From Squalus acanthias (lineage: Eukaryota), in NCBI GenBank assembly GCA_030390025.1, contig CM059438.1, positions 57,786,001-57,850,000 on the forward strand: 64,000 nucleotides of DNA. The letters run 5' to 3'. Below the pieces are notes generated by a model, which was given only the letters and a program-made list of their open reading frames with translations, was not told the DNA's origin and searched no databases. Made by a program: the position numbers and the translations under genes. Numbering within the stretch: the stretch's first letter is position 1; each line of letters begins with the position of its first letter. Shown piece after piece: positions 34,901 through 47,579 of the stretch.

Positions 34901-37290
34901 TAGCCACCTCTTTCAAAACCCTAGGATGTAGGCCATCAGGTCATGGGGATTTATTGGCTTTCAGTCCTATTAATTTCTCCAGTACAAATTTTTTACTAAT
35001 ACTAATTTCTTTCAGTTCCTCATTCTCACTAGACCCTTGGTTCTCCACTATTTCCGGGAGGTTTTTTACGTCTTTTCTTCTGTGAAGACAGACACAAAGT
35101 ATTTGTTTAATTTCTGTGCCATTTCCTTATTCACCATTATAATTTCTCCTGTCTCAGCCTGTTTAATTATAATTTCTCCTGACCCATGTTTACTTTCGCT
35201 AATCTTATCCTTTTTACATACCTATTGAAGCTTTTACAGTCTGTTTTTATGTCTCTCGCTAGTTTACTCTCCTATTCTATTTTCCCTTTCTTTATCAATT
35301 TCTTGGTCCTCCTTTGCTGAATTCTAAAATTCTCCCAATCCTCAGGCTTACCACTCTTTTTGGCAATATTATAAGCCTCTTCCTTTGATCTAATACTATC
35401 TTTAACTTCTCTTGTTAGCCATGGTTGGACCACTTTTCCTGTGGGGTTTTTGTGCCTTAAAGGAATGTACATTTGTTGTAAATTATGTATTAATTCTTTA
35501 AATGCTAGCCATTGCTTCTCTACCGTCATACCTTTTAATGTAGTTTCCCAATCTACCTTAGCCAACTCGTCCCTCATACCTACGTAGTTTGCTTTGATTA
35601 GATTTAAGACCCGTGTTTCGGATTTAACTAAATCATTTTCAAACTCATTATAAAATTCTGTCATATTAATGGTCATTCTTCCCTAAAGGCCCCTTTACTA
35701 CAAGGTTATTAATTAACCCTTTCTCGTTGCACAATACTAGATTTAAAAGAGCCTGTTCCCTAGTTGGTTCCTCAACATACTGATCTAGAAAACTATCTTG
35801 CATACATTCCATGAATTTGTCCTCCACACTATTACTGCAAATTTGGTTTGCCCAGTCTATATGTAGATTAAAGTCCCCCATGATTACTGTATTACCCTTG
35901 TTACAAGCGCCTCTAATTTCCTGATTCATACTCTGCCCTACATTACAACTACTGTTTGGGGCCTATAAACAACTCCCACCAATGTTTTCTGCCCTTTGCT
36001 GTTTGTTAGCTCCACGCAAACTGATTCTACTTCTTGATTTTCAGAGCTAAGATCCTTTCTCTCTACTGTTTTTATCCCATCCTTTATTATTAGGGCTACC
36101 CCTCCTCCTTTTCCATTTTGCCTATCTCTTCTAAAAGTTAAGTATCCTGAAATATTTAGTTCCCAACCTTGGTCACTTTGCAATCAAGTCTCCGTAATGG
36201 CTATTAGATCAAATTTCAATCTGTGCTATTAATTCATCTATTTTGTTGCGAATGCTTCGCGCATTCAGATATAGTGCCTTTAGCTTTTACTTTTTTCTAT
36301 TTTTCCCTGATGTCACCTTAGTCACTGACGCCCTATTACCTTTGATACTCTTGATGTCCTTTCCTGACTCACTCTGCTTATTTTTACCCAAAACTCTGCT
36401 CTGCTCTAGAGCCTTGACATTTCGCTTGCTGTTTTTAAATTTACTCTTTCCTGAATCCTCCCACCCCCCCTTTCATTAGTTTAAAGTCTACTGCCCTAGT
36501 TATTCGATTCACCAGGACACTGGTTCCAGCCGGTTTAAGTGGAGCCCATCCCAACGGAACAACTCCCTCTTTTCCCAGTACTGGTGCCAGTGCCCCATGA
36601 AGCAAAACTCCTGCCTCCCACACTACTCTTTGAGCCACGCATTTAACCTTATAATCTGCTTATCCCTATGCCAACTGGCGCGTAGCTCAGGTAACAATCT
36701 AGAGATTTTTACCTTTGTGGTTCTGCGTTTTAATTTGGACCCCAACTCCTCAAACTCTCTCAGCAGAACCTCATTCCTAATTCTATCTATGTCGGTGATT
36801 CCTACGTGAACCATGACAACTGGATCCTCCCCCTCCCACTCCAAGTTCTTCTCCAGCCGCGAGGAGATGTCTTTAACACAACACAACTTTCGGAACTCCC
36901 GGTCGCCGCTGCAGAGAACAGTATCTATCCCTCTGACTATACTGTCCCCTACCACAACTACATTCCCTTTCACTCCCCACTTGAATGGCCTCCTGCACCA
37001 TGGTGCCATGGTCAGCTTGCTGATCCATCCTGCAGGCTTTTCCCTCATCCACATAGGCAGCAAGAACCTCATACCTGTTGGATAAGGTCAAATTCTGAGG
37101 CTCCTCCAGCACTGCACCTGAGGTCCCCTTTCCTGCCTGAGTAGCAGTCACACCCTCCTATACCACTAGCTAACCTAAGGGGTGTGACTGCCTCCTGGAT
37201 CAAAGTGTCCCCCACCCTGATGCCTCGCAATGTCTGCACCTCAGACTCCAGCTCAAAAACTTGAGCTGAAGTTCCTCAAGATACAGGCAC
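31975..37290 (-). mobile_element. Near full-length decayed CR1 LINE (ORF1 SGNH esterase ~36500-37280; ORF2 endonuclease + RT)
   Basis: VVVVGDSIVRGID (GDSL-like); GKGGGVALII, MGDFNLHIDW, PLGKNDH; RT motifs; CR1 3' UTR. Confidence 0.92.
33135..34540 (-). mobile_element. Younger 5'-truncated CR1 nested in the same orientation, with an uninterrupted RT
   Basis: Has its own 3' UTR and (TTCTTATG)n tail at ~33135-33225; RT motifs appear twice in ORF 33225-34916. Confidence 0.9.
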
Positions 37291-37501
37291 GTGAATGGGA
37301 ATTGCATTTTTGACACATTTATACTTCTGGCTGATAATATACAGGACTCATTCTCCTCATACATATATGCAAGTGGCACTCTTTATGTATTAATAAGATC
37401 CACAATGCTGCTCAGTGGTATCTTCGGTTAACAAAGTGGCATGTGGAAGATACAAAAAAAGCAATATTTTCAAACAATTTTTGTCAGTTTCTGAGGGTAA
37501 A

Positions 37502-40500
37502 GGCCTGCAAAAATGGGGGTATTTTTAACCCCCAAGAACAGGTGGGTTGGGGGCGGGTTAAATTTTTTGAATTTCAATTGGGAGCGCAACCTTCAGGGTT
37601 TAGCGCAGGCGCGTTTTGATGCTGGCGAGAATCCTACACGCCGAAGTCAGGGATTTAATTATTCAGGCAGATGGATAGTTATTGGTGCAATTAACTTCCT
37701 TAGGAGACGTTAATAAGGTCTTTGCGAATTGCTTTTAATTTCGCTCCAAATTTAACATGTGTAGTAGAGGGTTCCCGGGGCTCGGGAAACTAACCAATGA
37801 AATGGAGGCGAGATTGAGCAGCAGTTCAGGTGCGTATTTAAACTTCTCATTGTTCCATCTGAATAAAAGCTCACTTATTGCAGCTGGTATCTCACTTCCC
37901 TCTGGAAAATGTTTAGCAGAGAGTTCTTGTGTGGATACAGCTGTTTTCAAGCTTGGAGGCTTTCTAACTGACAAGATCAGGATGGGAGGCGTGTTGGATG
38001 TGTTTGACAGCACGTCAGAAGAGGAAGATCATCACCATCCATGGCAGCGTCGATGGCTGTGGTGGGATCAGCACGTGCACAGGAGAGAGCTGCACAGGAG
38101 GGAGGTGAACAGAAGAGGGGCATAGGTCGCAGGAGGCACTACCCACGTCACAGGGTTTACAGAGAGAGGCTTAGCTTCCTTGACCTCTTGGAACAGCAGT
38201 GCTTCCGCAGGCTGAGGTTGTCACGTCAGGTGATGACAGACATCTGCAGCTTCCTAGAGGAAGACCTGCTCCCTGCTGGACCTGGTGGCCACGCATTACC
38301 AGTGGCCATGAAAGTGACCAATGCCTTCAACGTTTTTGCCTCCGGATCCTTCCAGGGCGCTACCAGAGACATATCCTGGATCTCCCAGTCAGCTGCACAT
38401 AAATGCATAAGGCAGGTCACTGATAGCTTGTTTGTCAGGGCCAGCAATTATATAAATTTCTCCTTTGATGACAATAACCAGAATGTATTGACATTCAGTA
38501 TGAAACAAGTGAGGGGGTGAGTTGGCACTCAGGACGTAATAATAGGCAAGATGTGGAAGTGGTGCTAATCAATAAATATTATGTGCCATTATAAAAAAAG
38601 GAAACTTAACATAACATTTTGTCAAACACCCATGTGCACACCCTTGTTGATTGACAATTTTGTGAACTTATGCTTCCTACTGCTTCTACGTGGTGCATTC
38701 CATGTAGAGGCAGGCTGCTCAGATCCCTGCCCTGACTGCTGAGCTGCTTCTGGCCTACACCCTCTGGGCTTTGGAGCTCGAGGGCCCCTCCAAAGACTGC
38801 TCCACCTGCACCTGTGCAGGGGCAGACCTGGCCATCGGGAGAGGAGGCAGCATGTCGGATACTGGCTGAGGGGGGGTGGGGGGCAACAGGTGAGAAGTGG
38901 AAGCGCTGTGAGTAGAGTTCCCACTTCCATGTCCCCTTTCACCATCATCCCTCTCCTGGGCCAGCACCACATCACTCCTACCACTCTGTTGCAGACCAGC
39001 TTGTTGGAGATCAGTTACGCGTTGTAAGGCCACGGATTAGGTATCTGTCATCCTATTTAAAGTGGCAGACAAGTTGGCATCCAAAGTCTGCACGGCCATG
39101 GTCATTCCCTGCATGGACTCATTTGAGAGCTGTGCTTGAAGCTCCATGGAGATGGCCATTCTCTCCATGGCAGACATTCTCGCAATTCTCTGCGCCACAA
39201 ATCCACTAACGATCAATGGACTCCTCCATCCTCTCCTTTATTGTGGAGAGTGTGTGTGGAACATGGGCCAGTACCTGGCTAAGTTGCCACCTCTAGCATT
39301 CTCCTTCTCAATGATAGCCCCTGGGGTTCAGCATCTGTGTCCAGCTGAGCAGAGCTTGGAGAGAATTGCGCCCCCAACACGGACTCTCCACAGCTGTCCC
39401 TGCCACCAATGTCAACTCATGTTCACTTGTGAGGTGTGAATCACCAGATGAAAACCCAACTAACTGTCTAACTGGATCGACCGAAGTGCGAGTATCTGTG
39501 CTGGTGCAAGGCTGTACATCCTGTGACAGTGCACCCTCAGAATGAATGAGGTCCTCTGAGGAATCATCCTCATGGATATCCTGAGACACTTGTTGTATGC
39601 GTGAAGGCTCTGGAAGACAAGGGATATGATTTAGTCATGGCAAAGTTACAATCTTGACAATCACCATACTCAGTCTTCTTATAGTTCAGTCATTGATGAA
39701 ATAAAGTCACCATATGTGTGTCAGAGATATTTGTAATTCTGTCACCAGCTATCTGCGAGCTCCGTCTCTCCATCTCCGACTGAGAGGGACGCATCTGTGA
39801 GTGGGACTATTTGTGGCGACCCACCTCCAGTTCTCTCCCTCTCCCTTGCGTTTTGCACTCTCTTCTCCTACAAGAGGTGAAAAAAACAGACCTGTGAGTC
39901 AGGTATTCATCCGATGGATGCAGTGCATTTGGTGAGGTGACTACGAGACAGCTGCAGCACATTGTATAAGGATTGGAGTGAGTGGCAACAGCGGATGGAT
40001 AAATGGAGAGGTGATGAAGTGCATAGAAAGTGAAAGCTGGATGCTGCTGAAAGTTGATTGGATGTGAGAAGTGATGTGATGGAGAATGCTTAGCAAGACA
40101 AAGTGAAAGGGGTTTAAACCACAGGATGTAGTTGAATCAGCAAATGTACTCACTTTTCCTGACCTGGTTAGGCCATTAAAATGCTTCCTACATTGCATCC
40201 AAGAACTGGGTACAAGGCTTCAGCTGCTCACCTCCTCAGCGACCTCCAATCATGCCTCCATGGTGAGAGCCGCAGGTTTATTCCTCTATTGCTGCTCCTG
40301 ACTGCACCCAGCAATAATTCCAGCGCTACGTCATAGAGCAAGGGCAGCACCCAGATTCAATGTCCATCATCCATCCTGAACACCTCCAATATCCATTTGT
40401 GCACTGTCCCTTTAAATACAGCTGAGATCGCATCATGTGGCTGCGCATCACACCCGCTGCGCAGCTTGGAGACATGAAACCTGGAAGCCAAAATTAACTG

Positions 40501-40623
40501 GGTTGAGATCGCAGATTCCGACCTGCTCAGTTGACTTCCAGGTTTCACCCTCGCAATTCCACCCCCACCCACCCCCCCCCCCCCCACCCACGTGGTAGTC
40601 GCCTTCAGATTAATATTGGGACC
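37502..40623. mobile_element. Decayed PIF/Harbinger element: transposase 5' half (+, ~37981-38483) and three-exon Myb/SANT gene (-, ~40350-38620)
   Basis: RRLRLSRQVMTDIC, HALPVAMKVTNAFNVFASGSFQG; MQCRKHFNGLTRSGK|EKRVQNARERERTGGG. Termini approximate. Confidence 0.82.
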
Positions 40624-41189
40624 TTGGTGTCTGAATTTAATAAATCATACCCTGATTGTACATACACTATAAAATGAAATGTATACATTTTATAATGTAA
40701 TAAAACACATCTTATTCCATAAATATACACATTATATGCACACATTACATGATGTGATCAGACATACTAACTATTCCTTTGGTAACTGACTCAGCTTAAC
40801 TTTGCGAAGCCGCAATACAATTCAGCCAGGGTTAATTAGATGCAGTTTCATTAAATGAAATCACAGCATTGCAAACAGATTAAGAGTGCCTGAGTGACTC
40901 ATCGTCATCTCTGTGCCACTTACACTGATGTCGAAACATCCATGTTGCAAATTACGTTGTCTCTCTGTGCATTGTTCACTTCATCACGCCACATCAGAAT
41001 GGAAGACCTAGGTTCAATGCAAGATGCAGCAAAAGATGGAAAAGAGAGAAAGACATGTATTTTGTGGATCATAAGCCTATTTAGTGTGACTTAGCCCCAC
41101 TTCTCCTTGACCTCGTCCATCTGGAATTGACATTTGGCCAACTCTCCACAATTATATCCTGCCTGCGCCCTGTGCTATCTTCGCTCTTT

Positions 41190-41790
41190 TGGCCAACCGT
41201 TGTGGTTGATGTAAAGAGAGACATTAGTGCCCAAAGGGAAAGAAAGCTGCAGGAAGAAAAACACAAGGGTAGAGATGAGACAGCAAGACTTAAGGGGAGA
41301 TATTGGAGAGAAGTAGATAGGAAACAAATTTGTAAAGAGATAGGGAGATATACAGCAGAAAGAGAACCAAAGAGATTTAGGAGATAGTGAGATTCAATGG
41401 GTGAGAGAGAAATTACACTCAAAGCTAAAACAAAAGGGAAAGAGACAGGTGGCCGGATAACATCATGGAGAGACCGATAGAGATGAGATGGTGGAAAAAA
41501 TTTGAAACATAAGCAACAATATCAGAGATATGGTGGTCAGTGAGAGAGGTGGAGAAATGATGATAATAGATCTGGAGAGAAACAAATTGGTGGAAGACAT
41601 CACAAGGATAGGCAGAGAGAAAAATTGGGTGAAGAGAGATCGAGACAGAGAGACAGCAGTATCGTAGAAGACATAGCACCAACAAATCAAGGAATGTTCA
41701 GAGAGCTTGGGAAAGAGACAGAAAGATCAGAGCAGAGATGAAGGCAAGGGAGACAGATATGTTGGAGGGACAAAATGAGAGACACACATA
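41190..41790. repeat. Purine-rich (GA) low-complexity tract
   Basis: Strong A/G strand bias with degenerate GAGA/GATA units. Confidence 0.6.
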
Positions 41791-42449
41791 GGCTGTGGAG
41801 GCAGAGGGTTCACTATAATAAGCAAATGTCAAGGGAGATCTACTAATATTATAGATATACGAGAATTATAAACCTTGATTGTTGCAAAATGATCTATGCT
41901 ACACAGAACTGCCCCTCCAATCTCACCAGCAATTTTCCCTGGAAAGTTGGTGCTCCCAGACCTGGCACCAGTGCAGTCCCACTCCCAGCCTCAGCTCTAA
42001 GAATGCCTCTGCCCAACAAAGTTCCTTGACTTTGCCACTCGCAGGCACCAAACAAAAGGAAATTGACCCTGCACCATTCTTGCTTTAGCTCGAGCCTTCA
42101 ACAGCTCTGCTCACTGCCTCCATTTTGCATTCCCTGGTGACTGCCAGCACCCATCACTATACTGTAGGAGTAGAAAGAAGAATTAGGGAGGTGACCAGTC
42201 AAAGAGGCTTTTGAAGGTGGAAGGCATGAGGTAGGGCAGAGATATTTGGGAAGAGAATTTCAGAGCACGGAGATGAGACAGCTGATGGCTCGCCTCCAAT
42301 GGTACAGTGAGTGCTGTGTTGGCAGAAGTGGAGTGAAGGATCCCATGGCACTATTTGAAAAATACTCCGATTCTCCCTCAATCATCAGATAAGGGGAGGA
42401 TTGGGAATGATGTTGGACTGGATGTTGACAACATTTTTTAAACTTATTA

Positions 42450-43173
42450 ACTTTTTTTCATTTGTTCCTGGGATTTGGGCATTGCCGCCTTCTTGAACTG
42501 CGGCAGTCCTTGTGGTGAAGGTACTCCCAAAGTGCTGTTAGGGAGGGAGTTTCAGGATTTTGACCCAGTGATGATGAAAGAACGGCAATATACTTCCAAG
42601 TCAGGATGGTGTGTAACTTGGAGGGAAACTTGCAGGTGATGGTGTTCCCATGCGCCTGCTGGCGTTGTCCTTCTAGGTGGAAGAGGTCGCGGGTTTGGGA
42701 GGTACTGCCGAAGAAGCCTTGGCGAGTTGCTACAGTGCATCTTGTAGATGGTACACACTGCAGCCTCGGTGCTGGAGCAAGTGAATTTTAAGGTGGTGGA
42801 TGGAGTGCCAATCAAGTGGGCTGCTTTGTCCTGGATGGTGTCAAGCTTCTTGAGTGTTGTTGCAGCTACACTCATCCAGGCAAGTGGAGAGTATTTCATC
42901 ACACTCCTGACTTGTGCCTTGTAGATGGTGGAAAGGCTTTGGGGAATCAGGAGGTGAGACACTCGCCACAGAATACCCAGCCTCTGACCTGTTCATGTGG
43001 CTGGTCCGGTAATGTTTCTGGTCAACGGGGATCCTCCAGGATGGTGGGGGACTCGGCGATGGTAATGCCCTTGAATGTCAAGGGGCGGTGCTTAGACTCT
43101 CGCTTGTTGGAGATAGTCATTGCCTGGCACTTGTGTGGTGCGAATGTACCTTGCCACTTATCAGACCAAGCCT
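42450..43173 (-). mobile_element. Family-B LINE 3' fragment
   Basis: LSTIYKAQVRSVMKYSPLAWM...; colinear with 860-1660. Confidence 0.88.
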
Positions 43174-43174
43174 C

Positions 43175-43255
43175 GGGAACGGTAGCATAGTGGTTATGTT
43201 ACTGGACTAGTAATCCAGAGATCTGGAGATGTGAGTTCAAATCCCACCATGGCAG
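43175..43255 (+). promoter_or_regulatory. tRNA-derived head with Pol III A and B boxes
   Basis: A box TAGCATAGTGG (43183-43193); anticodon-like arm CTGGA-CTAGTAA-TCCAG (43202-43218); B box GTTCAAATCC (43235-43244). Confidence 0.82.
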
Positions 43256-44460
43256 CTGGGGAATTTAAATTAAATAAATCTGGAATAAAAAGCTAACATC
43301 AGTAATGGTGACCATGAAACTATTGGATTGTTGTAAAAACCCATCTGATTCACTAATGTCCTTTAGGGAAGGAAATCTGCCATTCTTACCTGGTCTGGCC
43401 TGAATATGACTCCAGACCCACAGCAATGTGGTTGACTCTTAACTGCCCTCTGAAATGGCCTAGCAAGCCACTCAGTTGTAAAAAAACGCTATGAAAAACA
43501 ATGAGAATAAAACTGGACAGATCTCCCAGCATCGACCTCGGCACCGGCTACAGACACAACATTGGCACACCCAGCCCAGTCGACCCTGCAAAGTCCTCCT
43601 CACCAACATCTGGGGACTTGTGTCAAAATTGGAAGAGTTGTCCCACAGACTAGTCAAGCAACAGTCTGACACAGTCATACTCACAGAATCCTACCTTTCA
43701 GCCAATGTCCACCGGCAGTACAGACCCACCAGGGGTGGCGGCATAGTGGTATACAGTCGGGAAGGAGTGGCCCTGGGAGTCCTCAACATTGACTCCGGAC
43801 CCCATGAAGTCTCATGGCTTCAGGTCAAGCACGAGCAAGGAAACCTCCTGCTGATTAGCACCTACTGCCCTCCCTCAGCTGTTGAATCAATACTCCTCCA
43901 TGTTGAACAGCACTTGGAAGAAGCACTGAGAGTAGCAAGGGCACAGAATGTACTCTGGGTGGGGGACTTCAATGTCCATCACCAAGAGTGGCTCGGTAGC
44001 ACCACTACTGATGGAGCTGGCCAAGTCCTGAAGGACATAGCTGCTAATCTGGGCCTGCGACAGGTGGTGAGAGAACCAACACGAGGGAATAACCTACTTG
44101 ACCACACCCTTACCAATCTATCTGTCGCAGATGCATCTGTCCAAGACAGCATTGGTAGCAGTGACCACCGCACAGTCATTGTGGAGACAAAGTTCACACT
44201 GAGGACACCCTCCATCGTGTTGTGTGGCACTACCACCGTGCTAAATGGGATAGATTCAGAACAGATCTAGCAGCTCAAACTGAGCATCCATGAGGCGTTC
44301 AGGCCATCAGCAGCAGCAAAATTGTATTCCACCACAATCTGTAACCTCATGGCCTGGCATATCCCTCACTCTACCATTACCATCAAGCTAGGGGACCTGG
44401 GGAAGCTGCAACACAGGACTACATGCATGCTAAAAAGCAGACGCAGCATGCTATAGACAG

Positions 44461-46405
44461 GCATATATAGGAGGAACCAACCAGGGAACAGGCTACTCTG
44501 GATATGGTACTGTGTAATGAGAAAGGGCTGATCAATAATCTTGTGGTAAAGGGGCCTTTAGGGACAAGTGACCATAATATGATTGAATTTACATTAAGTT
44601 TGAGAGTGATGTAGTCAAATCTGAAACTAAGGTCTTCAATTTAAACAGAGGAAACTACAAGGGTATGAGGGACAAGTTGGCCATGGTAGTTTGGGAGACT
44701 ACACTAAAAGGTATGAAGGTGGACATACAATGGCTAACATTCAAGGAAATAATGCATAATTTGCAACAAACATATATTCCTCTAGGGCATAAAAACCCAA
44801 AAGGAAAAGTGATCCAACCATGGCTAACAACAGAAATTAAAGCCAGTATTAAGTCAAAGGAGGAAGCTTATAAAGTTGCCAGAAAAAGCAGTCAGCCTGA
44901 GGATTGGGGTCTTTTTAGAAATCAGCAAAGGGGGACCAAGAAATTGATAAAGAAAGGGAAAATGGAATATGAGCACAAACTAGCGAAAAATATAAAAACG
45001 GATTGTAAAAGCTTCTATAGGTATGTGAAAAGGAAAAGACTGGCAAAGGTAAATGTAGGTCCTTTACAGTCAGAGACGGGAGAATTTATAATGGGGAATG
45101 AGGAAATGGCAGAGAAATTAAATAAATACTTTGTTTCTGTCTTCACGGAGGAAGACACAAAAAACCTCCCAGAAATATGAGAAAACCAAAGGTGTGGCAA
45201 GAATGAGGAACTTAAAGAAATTATTATTATTAAAAAAACAGTACTAGCAAAATTAATGGGACTAAAAGTCGATAAATCCCAAGGACCGGATGACCTACAT
45301 CCTAGGGTTTTGAAAGAGGTGGCCACTGGGATAGTGGACGCATTGGTTGTCATCTTCCAAAATTCTACAGATTCTGGAACAGTTCCTGCAGATTGGAGGA
45401 TAGCAAATGTAACCCCGCTATTTAAGAAAGGAGGGAGAGAGAAAACGGGGAACTACAGATCTGTTAGCCTCACATCAGTAGTTGTGAAAATGCTGGAATC
45501 TATTATAAAGGATGCAATAACTGGGCACTTAGAAACTAATAGTAAGATTGGGCAGAGTCAACACATGGATTTATGAAAGGGAAATCCTGTTTGACAAACC
45601 TATTGGAGTTCTTTGAGGATGTAACTAGTGGAGTAGACAAAGGGGAATGATTGGGGAATGCAGATGCTCAAAGGGACCTGGGTGTCCTTGTACATGAGTC
45701 ACTGTAGGTGAATGTGCAGGTGCAGCAAGCCATTAGGAAGGCAAATGGTATGCTGGCCTTCATTACAAGAGGATTTGAGTACAGGAGTAAAGAAGTCTTA
45801 CTCCAATTATATAGGGCCTTGGTGAGACCACACCTGGAGTACTGTGTACAATTTTGGTCTCCTTACCTAAGGAAGGATATACTTGCCATAGAGGGAGTGC
45901 AACTAAGGTTCACGAGATTGATTCCTGGGATGACGGGACTGTCATATGTGAAGCGATTGAGTAAACTAGGCCTGTATTCTCTTGAATTCAGAAGAATGTG
46001 AGGGGATCTCATTGAAGCATACAAAATTATTACAGGGCTTGATAGGGTGGATGCTGGGAGAATGTTTCCCTTGGCTAGGGAGTCTAGAACCAGGGGCCAC
46101 AGCCTCAGGATAAAGGGTAGGCCATTCAGGACTGAGATGAGATGAGAAGAAATTTCTTCACACAGAGGGTGGTGAATCTTTGGAATTCTCTACCCCAGAG
46201 GGTTGTGGAGGCTCAGTCATTGGGTATATTCAAAACAGAAGTCGATAGATTTCTGACTAGTAAGGGCATCAAGGGATATGGCGATATGGCGATAAGGCCG
46301 GTGAATGGAGTTGAGGCAGAAGATCAGCCATGATCTCATTGAATGGCGGAGCAGGCTCGAAGGGCCGAATGGCCTACTCCTGCTCCTATTTCTTATGTTC
46401 TTATG
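44461..46405 (+). mobile_element. CR1 LINE, truncated and internally deleted (~45648)
   Basis: PWLTTEIK, KSQGPDDLHPRVLKE, LVRPHLEYC; (TTCTTATG)n tail. Confidence 0.92.
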
Positions 46406-46938
46406 AGCTAAGCGATCCCACAATCAACGGATCAGATCAAAGCTCTGCAGTCCTGCTAAATCCAGTCGTGAATGGTGGTGGACCATTAATCAACTAATGG
46501 GAGGAGGAGGCTCCATGAATATCCCCATCCTCAATGATGGTGGAGCCCAGCACGTGAGTGCAAAAGACAAAGCTGAAACGTTTGCAATCATCTTCAGCTC
46601 GAAGTACCGAGCAGATGATCCATATCGGCCTCCTCCTGAGGTCCACACCACCACAGATGCCAGTCTTCAGCCAATTCAATTCATTCCACGTGATAGCAAG
46701 AAATGGCTGAGTGCACTGGATACAGCAAAGGCTGTGGGGCCCAACAACATCCCGGCTGTCGTGCTGAAGACTTGTGCTCCATTACTAGCCGCGCCTCTAG
46801 CCACGCTGTTCCAGTACAGCTATAACACTGGCATCTATCTGGCAATGTGGAAAACTGTCCAGGTATGCCCTGTCCACAAAAAGCAGGACAAATCCAATCT
46901 GACCAATTACCGCCCATCAGTCAACTCTCAATCATCAG

Positions 46939-47419
46939 TGTAAGAAATCGTGAATTGGAAGAAATAACTTGAGACAAAAAAAGTCTCTTCAGATTGGTGT
47001 TAGAATAACTGGATAAATGCTTAGAATTTGCTTATGTTCTTGGTTCCCTGCGGATGTTATAACATTCTGCACCGTGGCGGTGACCTTGTTTCCAGACTTG
47101 CTGTCTGCTGTCTGTGTGCTAGAAAGGTTGTTGACTGTATCTTTGATAATCTACCCTAGGCCCACCCCTAAAAGAAAGTAAAAGAGATATCTAAAGAGCT
47201 TTTAGCTCAGATGGTGAAGGGAAAGGAAGAGCTGTTCGTGCACACCAGCCGTCTGTCCGATCAGGATCGATACCAACTGCTTGTCATGGTCGTATGTCTA
47301 CTATGTCTATCTTGATTGCGTGTTGCACTTAACTTAAACTGCCGCTCCTTAATAAAATGCCTTACAACTCCTAAGACCCTTTGGGTAATCTGTGTGTGAC
47401 CTGTGATCCAAATCTTACA
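46939..47419 (+). repeat. 5' LTR (481 bp) of a retrovirus-like element
   Basis: TGTAAG...CTTACA termini; AATAAA at ~47351; followed by a PBS. Confidence 0.85.
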
Positions 47420-47420
47420 G

Positions 47421-47438
47421 TGGTGTCAGAAGTGGGAT
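47421..47438 (+). other. Primer-binding site, tRNA-Leu
   Basis: TGGTGTCAGAAGTGGGAT is complementary to the 3' end of vertebrate tRNA-Leu(CAA), ...ATCCCACTTCTGACACCA. Confidence 0.85.
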
Positions 47439-47579
47439 CACAGAGTTGGGAGTTGTAAGGTTTGTGTTGTGGGGACCGGAGGGATCTGGTCGCGCGTGAT
47501 CATCGCTTAAGACTAAGTAGAAGACTCCCTGAAAGAAGGGAGAGGGCGAGAGTGGGGTAAAGGTAAAACCAGAGATACA

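Larger units (their letters stand above)
43175..46938 (+). mobile_element. Family-B LINE 5' half (tRNA head, ~300-nt leader, AP endonuclease, start of RT), split by a CR1 and cut by an LTR
   Basis: ORF 43491-44270 has LLTNIWGL, VILTESYL, RGGGIVVY, VGDFNVHHQEW and IGSSDH. 46406-46938 overlaps the sequence of 1-345. The host rejoins as ATAGACAG|AGCTAAGCG. Confidence 0.85.

Noticed and set aside
43175..43255. Functional tRNA gene
   Set aside because: The acceptor stem does not pair properly, no T-run terminator follows, and it is contiguous with retroelement sequence.
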